A stretch of DNA of 42,910 nucleotides from an uncultured Candidatus Binatia bacterium (GTDB taxonomy: Bacteria; Desulfobacterota; Binatia; HRBIN30), in assembly GCA_964528465.1 (NCBI GenBank), contig CAZGSN010000369.1:1-42910 (forward strand). Direction: 5' to 3'. The notes beneath the pieces are model-generated. The model did no database searches, was not told where the DNA came from, and saw only the letters and a program-made list of their open reading frames with translations. Below, one piece after another: positions 28,849 through 36,158 of this stretch. The position numbers and the translations under genes were made by a program. Position 1 is the first letter of the stretch. Each line of letters starts with the position of its first letter.

Positions 28849-29841
28849 ATGGTCGCGAACCGGGCTCCCGTGGCAAGGGCAATCGCCCCACACGACGCCT
28901 ACCCCGTACGTTTGGTAGCCAAGCTGACGGGCTTATCCGCCGACATCATCCGGGCTTGGGAGAAACGGTACGCCGTCGTCGAGCCGGTGCGTGGGCCGCG
29001 TGGCGCCCGTCTCTATTCGACCTCCGATATCGATCGCCTGCGGGCGTTGGCCGCGGCGGTAGCCACGGGGCGTTCGATCGGTGATGTAGCGCATCTTGGA
29101 AGTGCGGAACTCCTCGCTCTCGCTCCAGCTCCGGTCCCTGCTCAGGTAGCTCCGGCGCGCCATAGGGCCGGTAGCAATCGTGTCGTCACCGCTACGTTGG
29201 CGTGTCTGCGCGCCCATGACGTTGTTGGAATTGAAATACACCTTGCCGATGCCCTGGTTGCTCTGGGCAGCCAGATATTCCTGCACGAAGTGGTGGTGCC
29301 GCTGCTGCACGAAGTCGGGGATGGTTGGGCGCGCGGCGAGCTGTCCATCGCCCAAGAGCACTTGCTCTCCGGGATTCTCCGCAATCTTCTCAGCGGAATG
29401 CTGCGCTCGCGTCCCCGAGCCCCACAGTCGAGCCTCTTGCTTGCTACACCACCGGGAGAGCGCCACGAGTTTGGTCTCCTGCTCGCCGCGCTGGTGGCGA
29501 GCGACCAAGGGGTCGGCAGCAACTACATCGGCATCGACCTTCCGGCCGCGGAAATCGTCGATGCAGCGTTACGTTCCTCGTGCTCGGTGGTTGCGATCAG
29601 CGCCGTGGCTCCGGACAACCGGCGCAACGCCGTAGCCACGGTGCGTGAGTTGGAAGCCCGGCTACCGGCCCTTGTGGAGTTGTGGATTGGTGGTGCCGAC
29701 GCCCCTAGCGTGCACCGCCAGGCCCATAGCCGGCGGGCGCGTCTGATCACCGACCTGAATGACCTCATGGGTTACCTCGAGCGCCTTGTACCCAAGACAA
29801 CACAACCGCATCGCCAAGCGATGCCAAAGGAAATGGAGTGA
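28849..29841 (+). CDS. carH: MerR-family, B12-binding light-responsive regulator (CarH/LitR type)
   Basis: N-terminal MerR HTH (VRLVAKLTGLSADIIRAWEKRY). W-x9-EH motif (WARGELSIAQEH) of the four-helix bundle. Rossmann B12 motif GERHEFG (E/D-x-H-x-x-G). The internal ATG at 28849 is preferred, because the track extension translates repeat copy B. Confidence 0.85.
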   Translation: MVANRAPVARAIAPHDAYPVRLVAKLTGLSADIIRAWEKRYAVVEPVRGPRGARLYSTSDIDRLRALAAAVATGRSIGDVAHLGSAELLALAPAPVPAQVAPARHRAGSNRVVTATLACLRAHDVVGIEIHLADALVALGSQIFLHEVVVPLLHEVGDGWARGELSIAQEHLLSGILRNLLSGMLRSRPRAPQSSLLLATPPGERHEFGLLLAALVASDQGVGSNYIGIDLPAAEIVDAALRSSCSVVAISAVAPDNRRNAVATVRELEARLPALVELWIGGADAPSVHRQAHSRRARLITDLNDLMGYLERLVPKTTQPHRQAMPKEME

Positions 29842-29844
29842 TCC

Positions 29845-30207
29845 ATGGCGTCTTGTTTGATGAACTCGGATGTGGCCGTGATCTCGCACCTACTGGCGGG
29901 TGGAGAAATCGTTGCGGCACAGCTTCCCACGCCATCGCAATGGAGCGCAGAGAAGAAGCTTGCGGCTGCGGTCCTGGCCGGGGCACTGGTGGAAGTGCGG
30001 GATCGCCACGATCAGCCGCACTATGATCGGCGCATCCAAGAAGACCTCAAGTGGATATATTCCGACGATGCGACCTGGCCTTTTTCCTTCGTGCGCTTGT
30101 GTCAACTCTTTGGCCTCGAACCCGAGTATGTGCGCGTCGTGGTCCAACGTTGGATGGCCGGCACCACGTGTCCACGACAAGTGTCGCTCCACCGTCACGC
30201 AGCGTGA
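29845..30207 (+). CDS. Hypothetical 120-aa cytoplasmic protein, no recognisable domain
   Basis: It starts 4 nt after the carH stop, with a GGAG RBS 7 nt upstream. G/C-biased third codon positions fit this frame better than the two alternative ORFs. Notable segments are WSAEKKLAAAVLAGAL and WPFSFVRLCQLFGLEPEYVR. Confidence 0.55.
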   Translation: MASCLMNSDVAVISHLLAGGEIVAAQLPTPSQWSAEKKLAAAVLAGALVEVRDRHDQPHYDRRIQEDLKWIYSDDATWPFSFVRLCQLFGLEPEYVRVVVQRWMAGTTCPRQVSLHRHAA

Positions 30208-30216
30208 GCTAGAGCT

Positions 30217-31584
30217 ATGAGAGTCCTAATAACCGGCGCGACCGGCTTTGTCGGTCGGCCCTTGGTGCACCGACTCCTGGAACGAGGCCATGAAGTGGTC
30301 GTTCTCAGCCGCGACGCCAGCCGGGCCATGACCAGCCTACCGGTACGTTGCGAGTGTCGCACCTGGGACCCGGAGTCCGGCCGCATCAGCGCCGGCGCTG
30401 TTCAGGGCTGCAATGCGATCGTGCATTTGGCGGGTGAAGGGGTGGCAGACAAGTCTTGGAGCCCCGAGCGCAAGAAGGAAATCCTGGACTCGCGTGTCCA
30501 ATCCACGCGTGCCTTGCTCTCTGCCCTGCGCGCCCTGCCCCCCTCATCGCGGCCACAGGCCTTGGTGGCGGCCTCGGCCATTGGTTTCTACGGGGATCGC
30601 GGTGACGAAGAGTTGGACGAGACCTCGCTAGCCGGCGCGGGCTTCCTCGCGGATGTCTGCAAAGCATGGGAAACGGAAAGCCGCGGTGCGGAAGAGCTCG
30701 GCTTGCGCACGGCCATCGTTCGTATTGGCATCGTTCTCGGCAAAGACGGCGGGGCTCTGTCCAAAATGCTGCCACCGTTTCAGCTCGGCGTCGGCGGTCG
30801 CCTCGGCGATGGCAAGGCGTGGATGAGCTGGATCCACATCCAAGACCTCGTCGATCTTTTCGTACACGCTGTCGAGAACCAAGAGATCAACGGGGTAGTC
30901 AATGGCGTCGCACCGCAACCGCTAACCAACGCGGCCTTCACCAAATCTCTAGGCCGAGCCTTGCATCGCCCGACGTTGCTTCCCGTGCCGCGATTGGCGC
31001 TACAAGCAGTGCTTGGCGAGATGGCGTCGCTTCTATTCGCCAGTCAGCGTGTGTTTCCGCGCATGGCGCAGCGATCCAGTTTCCAGTTCCGTTATGCGGA
31101 CATTGACCAGGCCCTGGCCTCCCTGGTGGATGGCGAGCACGAGATCCTTGCGGAACAGTGGGTGCGACGCCCGCTTCCCGAGGTGTTCGCCTTCTTCTCC
31201 AACGCTCACAATCTGGAACAACTGACACCTGCCTTCCTGAAGTTTCGAGTGCTCGGCACCAGCACCCCCGCCCTTCAGGAGGGCACGCTCATCGACTACA
31301 AGCTGTCGCTGCACGGTATCCCGATGAAATGGCAGAGTCGCATAGAGGTATGGCAACCCGGAAAGCAGTTCGTCGACACACAAGTCCGCGGCCCTTACCA
31401 ACTGTGGCATCACACCCACGAGTTTGAAGAGTACCAAGACGGCACCATCCTTCGCGATCGCGTCCGCTACCGCATGCCCTTGGGCGGGTTTGGCGATGCC
31501 TTGGCCACACCTCTGGTGCAACGCGACTTGAAGACAATCTTCGATTTCCGGCGCCAGCGCGCGCAGGAGCTGTTTGGCGCATGA
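30217..31584 (+). CDS. Fusion of a YfcH-type (TIGR01777-like, DUF1731) atypical SDR/epimerase and a C-terminal SRPBCC (cyclase/dehydrase-like) ligand-binding domain
   Basis: ITGATGFVGRPL, HLAGEGVADKSWSPERKKEILDSRV, and the DUF1731-like tail PVPRLALQAVLGEMA. A ~150-aa SRPBCC-like region follows (YKLSLHGIPMKWQSRIEVWQPGKQFVDTQVRGPYQLWHHTHEF). Confidence 0.82.
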   Translation: MRVLITGATGFVGRPLVHRLLERGHEVVVLSRDASRAMTSLPVRCECRTWDPESGRISAGAVQGCNAIVHLAGEGVADKSWSPERKKEILDSRVQSTRALLSALRALPPSSRPQALVAASAIGFYGDRGDEELDETSLAGAGFLADVCKAWETESRGAEELGLRTAIVRIGIVLGKDGGALSKMLPPFQLGVGGRLGDGKAWMSWIHIQDLVDLFVHAVENQEINGVVNGVAPQPLTNAAFTKSLGRALHRPTLLPVPRLALQAVLGEMASLLFASQRVFPRMAQRSSFQFRYADIDQALASLVDGEHEILAEQWVRRPLPEVFAFFSNAHNLEQLTPAFLKFRVLGTSTPALQEGTLIDYKLSLHGIPMKWQSRIEVWQPGKQFVDTQVRGPYQLWHHTHEFEEYQDGTILRDRVRYRMPLGGFGDALATPLVQRDLKTIFDFRRQRAQELFGA

Positions 31585-32228
31585 GCCGGGGCGACAGAAA
31601 GACAGAGAAAAGCATGCCGCAACCTTTCGAGACGAGCACTGCAAGCGGAGCCAGAGGCACAAGACGCCCTTCTGTAGCTGTTGGCAGCCTGGCCGCAGCG
31701 CTGCTGCTGCTAGTCAACACGGCAAGGGCCTCGACGATCGAAGGCGTACAATTTGCCGACACCTTGCGTCAGGATGGCGTGCCAATGCGCGTCCACTGCC
31801 TCGGGCTGCTGCGCTACATGGTGCTCATCAAAGGCTACGTGGCTGCCCTCTATCTTGGGGAAGGCGCCTCTGTCGCTGATGTGTTGCAGGACGTGCCCAA
31901 GCGGCTCGAACTCAACTACTTCTATGCCATCAAGGGCAGCGACTTCGGCAAGGCTGCCGACCACATCCTCGCAAACAACCTGGGGACAGAAGCCTTGCAG
32001 CGCTTGCGCTCGCGTCTCGATCGCCTGCACGCACTCTACGAAGACGTGCAGCCGGGCAGCCGCTACTCACTCACCTACATCCCAGGAAAGGGCACCGAGC
32101 TAGCGCTGGACAATGTCCGCAAAGGCACCATTGAAGGTGCCGACTTTGCCGCTGCCTACTTCTCGATTTGGCTTGGCGACAAGCCGATCGACACGAGCTT
32201 ACGCGATCAGCTTCTACGTTGCTCCTGA
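31581..32228 (+). CDS. Chalcone-isomerase-like (fatty-acid-binding-type) exported protein
   Basis: ATGA overlap with the upstream gene. The N-terminal signal contains RRPSVAVGSLAAALLLLVNTARA. The body is LLRYMVLIKGYVAALYL..RLELNYFYAI..FAAAYFSIWLG, as I remember the Chalcone_3 family. Confidence 0.7.
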   Translation: MSRGDRKTEKSMPQPFETSTASGARGTRRPSVAVGSLAAALLLLVNTARASTIEGVQFADTLRQDGVPMRVHCLGLLRYMVLIKGYVAALYLGEGASVADVLQDVPKRLELNYFYAIKGSDFGKAADHILANNLGTEALQRLRSRLDRLHALYEDVQPGSRYSLTYIPGKGTELALDNVRKGTIEGADFAAAYFSIWLGDKPIDTSLRDQLLRCS

Positions 32229-32244
32229 CCGCTAGGCCATCGCC

Positions 32245-32808
32245 GTGCGACTCATTCCGCTACTGAGCAACTATTTCGCCTTCTATGCCGGTTGGCTTGC
32301 CTGTGTATTCGGGGCCGCGTGGGGGCAACCGCTGTTGGGCACGGCAGTTGCGGCAGCTTGCATCCTCCTGCACGTAGCGTGCTCCGCGGATCGCGGTCGT
32401 GAGATGGCCTTGGTGATAACCGTTGGCGGCTTGGGCTTTCTTGTCGACACAGCCCAAGCGTTGGGAGGCGTCCTCCAGTTTGGCAGCAGTGGGATCTCCG
32501 CCTGGCTGTGTCCGCCATGGCTCGTGGCAATCTGGATGCTGTTTGCCACCACTCTGAACGGCTCCATGCAATGGCTCGCCGGCCGCTACTTGCTGGCCGC
32601 CGCACTCGGCGCCGTGTGCGGCCCCCTCTCCTACATCTACGGAGCCCGTCTCGGCGCTCTGACGGCCGTCTCCGACAACGCGATCGGAGTACTCGCGGTA
32701 GTTTGGGCCATCCTCATGCCGGCGCTGCTCGTTCTCAATTCCCGCTTTGGCGGCGGGCAATCCAACATGGCGAGCCGCCCAGATCAGCGTCTGGCGGCAA
32801 GCTCCTGA
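32245..32808 (+). CDS. DUF2878-like small membrane protein
   Basis: GTG start. The N-terminus NYFAFYAGWLACVFGAAWGQPLLG and 4-5 TM segments match my memory of DUF2878. Confidence 0.55.
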   Translation: MRLIPLLSNYFAFYAGWLACVFGAAWGQPLLGTAVAAACILLHVACSADRGREMALVITVGGLGFLVDTAQALGGVLQFGSSGISAWLCPPWLVAIWMLFATTLNGSMQWLAGRYLLAAALGAVCGPLSYIYGARLGALTAVSDNAIGVLAVVWAILMPALLVLNSRFGGGQSNMASRPDQRLAASS

Positions 32809-34952
32809 AGAAAGCGGTCGACGCGCGCCACCGCCTCGCCCATGGAGGCCCTACTGAGGGGGGCGGTACCGCGCATCGGCCGCATGGCCCGACCGCGTGT
32901 CCGCGTCGCTTCCAAATACTCGCTAAACAAAAGGAGGCCTTCCTGATTCTCGTTGAGCCTGCGGGGTCCGCGGCCTCCACGGACTGTAGCCGCGCGCGTG
33001 CGACTGACGGATAGCGCACTTGGAATATCGCGGCGGGGGTTGCCGGTACGACGAATCGCTGAGCCGATACTCTGCGCCGCGGCCGTGCGATTGCCGAGTG
33101 GACCCAGCCCCCACTTGTCGATAGCGTACCGAAGGATGCTGGTGTGGTCGAACGGCGTCGACGATACGTTGGCGTCGACCCAGGGCGATACGAGGACAGC
33201 CGGGACACGCACGCCGAATCGCTTGAAGTCGTACTCGTAGGTGTACTGGTCGGGAGGAACCGCCGCCGGTGGGGCTACGTGATCGTAGAAACCACCGTGC
33301 TCATCGTAGGTCACGACCAAGAGAGTCGAGCGGAACAACTCCTCGTTCTTGCGCAAGGTGTTGTACACGCTGGCAATCAGACGTTGCCCTCGCATCACGT
33401 CGTGCGGTGGATGGTCGTCATTGGCGTCTTCGCCCATGTAGCTTGGCTCGATGAACACAAACGCTGGAAACTCAGCGGCTGGGCCCGCTGCATCTTTCGT
33501 AAAGTTCGAGAAGCGCGAATAGCGCCAAGCGTTGCTCGGCTTGAGCTGATGGGTGAGCAGCAACGAGTGGGGAATATCGCCGTAGTAGATCCGCCAGGGA
33601 ATGTCCTTTTCATTCAGGCGATCGTAGATGGTGTCTTGGTTGTAGAGATGCAAGTTGGGCTCGAAGACACCTTTGGGCATCTCGACACGGCCGAGTGAAG
33701 TGCCGCTGTGGGCGAAGAAGCGATTCGTCCACGTAGGCCCAGGTACCGACGAGTACCAGCGATCACACACCGTGAAGCTTGTGGCCAGCGTATGCAGTGC
33801 CGGCAGCGCGCCTGCGGCATGGTAATTCATGATCAGCTCGCGCTGGAGACGCGCAGACTTTGGATAGGTTAATGCGTAGTCGAGGACGAAGTAGGCATTG
33901 GGACCACCTAGTTGCAGCTTCACATTGCTCGCCTCGTGCATGGGATCGGGCATCGATAACGACGCCTGCATGTGCGGTGGGGTTAGTACCCGCTGCTCGA
34001 ACGGCGGGCCGGCTTGGACGAAATTACGGCGCGGTGGCTGGCTTGGGTCGATACCATCCATCGCAATGCCTTTAGCTGCGAAGTGCGGCTGCAATGCACC
34101 AAGGCTGTGATCGAAAGATCGGTTCTCCAGCATGAGAACGACGATGTGCTCAATAGGGTCACCGTCAGCGCGCAACGCCCTGGTGGGTCTAGGTGCGGGC
34201 TTGACGCCACGTGAACGTCGTCCGCGTGTAGCGGTGGTCGGCGAGATGCTCTCTTCAGGGCTTACCGGCGCCGACTTCGTTACCCCCGCTTGTAGCTTCT
34301 TGCGAACCTTTGCTGCCGCTTCGGCCTTGGTGATCAGACCGTTGAGGTCGGCATCTAGACCTGCATTCTGCGTGTACGCCTTCGTGCCCTGACGAAACAA
34401 CACGTAGTCGTTCGGCTTGCCGATCGCCTTCGGCCACAGCACCGCCATGTACGTGTCTTCCAGGGTCTGCAGTTTGCCACGGTAGGAGCTGAGGTAGGCC
34501 TCAACGAAGTTGAGCTGCTCTTCGGCTGTCATCGCCGCCAGAGCAGAAAGGGAGGTGCCGAGAGAAGCCGCGGTGCTCGGCATGAACTGAATCAGCCCGG
34601 TAGCCCCACTGTGCTTGTTCTTGATCGACGGGCTGAAGGATTCGCCGCTCTCGAAAGCCATTACCGCCATGAGGTAGTTGGGGTCGACGCCTAGCCGCGT
34701 GGCCAGCGCAACAACCTTGCGACGAAACGTCAGGCTGACCACGGCGCCAAAGATAAGCTCGACACTACCGTGGGGTGGGGGCAGGGCCGACGATCCGCCG
34801 CCCGCACCGTGCGGAATATCGATTTGCTGCCCCATCGAAATCTGATTCGGATTGCTGATCTGCGGGTTCTCGGCCAACAGATCGGCCAAGGTGATGTGAA
34901 AGCGCTTGGCAATCGCCGAGAGGCTATCGCCCTTCTTCACTGTGTACTTCAT
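32784..34952 (-). CDS. Three-domain fusion: LysM, lysozyme-like/lytic-transglycosylase-like domain, and phosphoesterase (phospholipase C / AcpA family)
   Basis: LysM domain YTVKKGDSLSAIAKRFHITLADLLAENP...GQQIDIP. Lysozyme-like domain MAFESGESFSP..SGATGLIQFMPSTAASLG. Basic Pro/Arg linker. PLC family motifs IEHIVVLMLENRSFDHSLG, TYDEHGGFYDHVAPP and GVRVPAVLVSPW. No N-terminal signal peptide. Confidence 0.85.
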   Translation of the reverse strand: MKYTVKKGDSLSAIAKRFHITLADLLAENPQISNPNQISMGQQIDIPHGAGGGSSALPPPHGSVELIFGAVVSLTFRRKVVALATRLGVDPNYLMAVMAFESGESFSPSIKNKHSGATGLIQFMPSTAASLGTSLSALAAMTAEEQLNFVEAYLSSYRGKLQTLEDTYMAVLWPKAIGKPNDYVLFRQGTKAYTQNAGLDADLNGLITKAEAAAKVRKKLQAGVTKSAPVSPEESISPTTATRGRRSRGVKPAPRPTRALRADGDPIEHIVVLMLENRSFDHSLGALQPHFAAKGIAMDGIDPSQPPRRNFVQAGPPFEQRVLTPPHMQASLSMPDPMHEASNVKLQLGGPNAYFVLDYALTYPKSARLQRELIMNYHAAGALPALHTLATSFTVCDRWYSSVPGPTWTNRFFAHSGTSLGRVEMPKGVFEPNLHLYNQDTIYDRLNEKDIPWRIYYGDIPHSLLLTHQLKPSNAWRYSRFSNFTKDAAGPAAEFPAFVFIEPSYMGEDANDDHPPHDVMRGQRLIASVYNTLRKNEELFRSTLLVVTYDEHGGFYDHVAPPAAVPPDQYTYEYDFKRFGVRVPAVLVSPWVDANVSSTPFDHTSILRYAIDKWGLGPLGNRTAAAQSIGSAIRRTGNPRRDIPSALSVSRTRAATVRGGRGPRRLNENQEGLLLFSEYLEATRTRGRAMRPMRGTAPLSRASMGEAVARVDRFLQELAARR

Positions 34953-35044
34953 GGTCCCTCCCCAAGCCGCCTCAGTAGTTGCGCACGTTGCCGCGTTAGC
35001 CGTGTCGAGGCGACCACGCGGCTAGCGTCTACGAAGTCTGGTCG

Positions 35045-35866
35045 TCAGATGGTGAACGGGATCTGGCGCTCGAACCCAGCGTCGGCCATCCCGGTGCGGA
35101 AAAGATTCGGGCTTTGCCAAGGTGGCATGAGACGTTGAATGTCGCGGTGAAATTTGGCGTAGCTTCCCTTGAAGGCGCCACTCTTCCACACGGTCTTTAG
35201 TGTGCCGGTAAACAAACCGTTGCTGTCGCCATCGGACGAGAGCTGGTTGTCCTGGCAGCCGGAAATCAGCAGCACGCTGGCACCCACGGCGACGCGCTCT
35301 CCCGACGGATGGGCAGCTTGGATGCCGTCGTACAGCTTCTTGTTGCGGTTGTAAGTTCGCGTCTCGATCTCTTTCGGCATGGCGCGAAAGCGTGGCTCGC
35401 CGGCGGCGCTTGGTGCGATGCTGCGATACACCGCACCCCGCGCCTGGCTGCCACTGTGGCAGCTATCGGACACCATGCAGATACGCACGCCGCGCTCGAA
35501 CCTCCCCCACAGGGCGTACAACTCGTCGTCGACAAGTTCGCGATCAAAAAGCACGCAGGTTTCGTCCAGTCCATCTTCTCGTTCATCGCCGTTGCGATCT
35601 GGCACCTGACCACCATGCCCGGCGTACGTCAGCAAGAAGATATCACCGGAGCGCAGTTGCTTCGCGGCGGTAGTGATCGCATCGATCACTTTCTTCGATG
35701 TGGCTTGCTTGGTCAGAAGCCGGGTCGGCTTGAAACCGCACCTCTTGGCGATCGCCATCATGTCGTTGGCGTCACTCTCGCATGCGACCAAGGCTCCGTC
35801 CCAGCCGTCGTAGTGTTTCGGGTCGACACGATTCAACCCGATGTGCAACGATATCCCTTTGGCCAT
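35045..35866 (-). CDS. Peptidase C14 caspase-like protease (orthocaspase), stand-alone 273 aa
   Basis: The catalytic His is in LLTYAGHGG and the catalytic Cys in MVSDSCHSGS. The ATG at 35866 (MAKGISLHIGLN) has an AAGGGGGA RBS. Confidence 0.85.
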   Translation of the reverse strand: MAKGISLHIGLNRVDPKHYDGWDGALVACESDANDMMAIAKRCGFKPTRLLTKQATSKKVIDAITTAAKQLRSGDIFLLTYAGHGGQVPDRNGDEREDGLDETCVLFDRELVDDELYALWGRFERGVRICMVSDSCHSGSQARGAVYRSIAPSAAGEPRFRAMPKEIETRTYNRNKKLYDGIQAAHPSGERVAVGASVLLISGCQDNQLSSDGDSNGLFTGTLKTVWKSGAFKGSYAKFHRDIQRLMPPWQSPNLFRTGMADAGFERQIPFTI

Positions 35867-36158
35867 TGGCTCCCCCTTTCCTAGTAGCGCACCGGCGCCA
35901 TACACGGGGCTTGTCTGTACCCACCCACAACTGCGAACTGAGAAGCTGTCTATTGCAACTTGCCTGCCGATGTCAAATGGCTTGAACGCTTAGCAAGTAC
36001 CTGGTGCGCCAGTTCGCCGACAGAGTTTCCGAATCTGGCCGCTCGTGCTTCCGAGGAAACCCACCGGGTTCCAAAATCGTCGCACCTGCCAGACGAATGG
36101 CGGCCTTAGCGCCGTACAGACGCGGCATATGGCGCCACAAAGCTCGGAAGCTTCCCAC

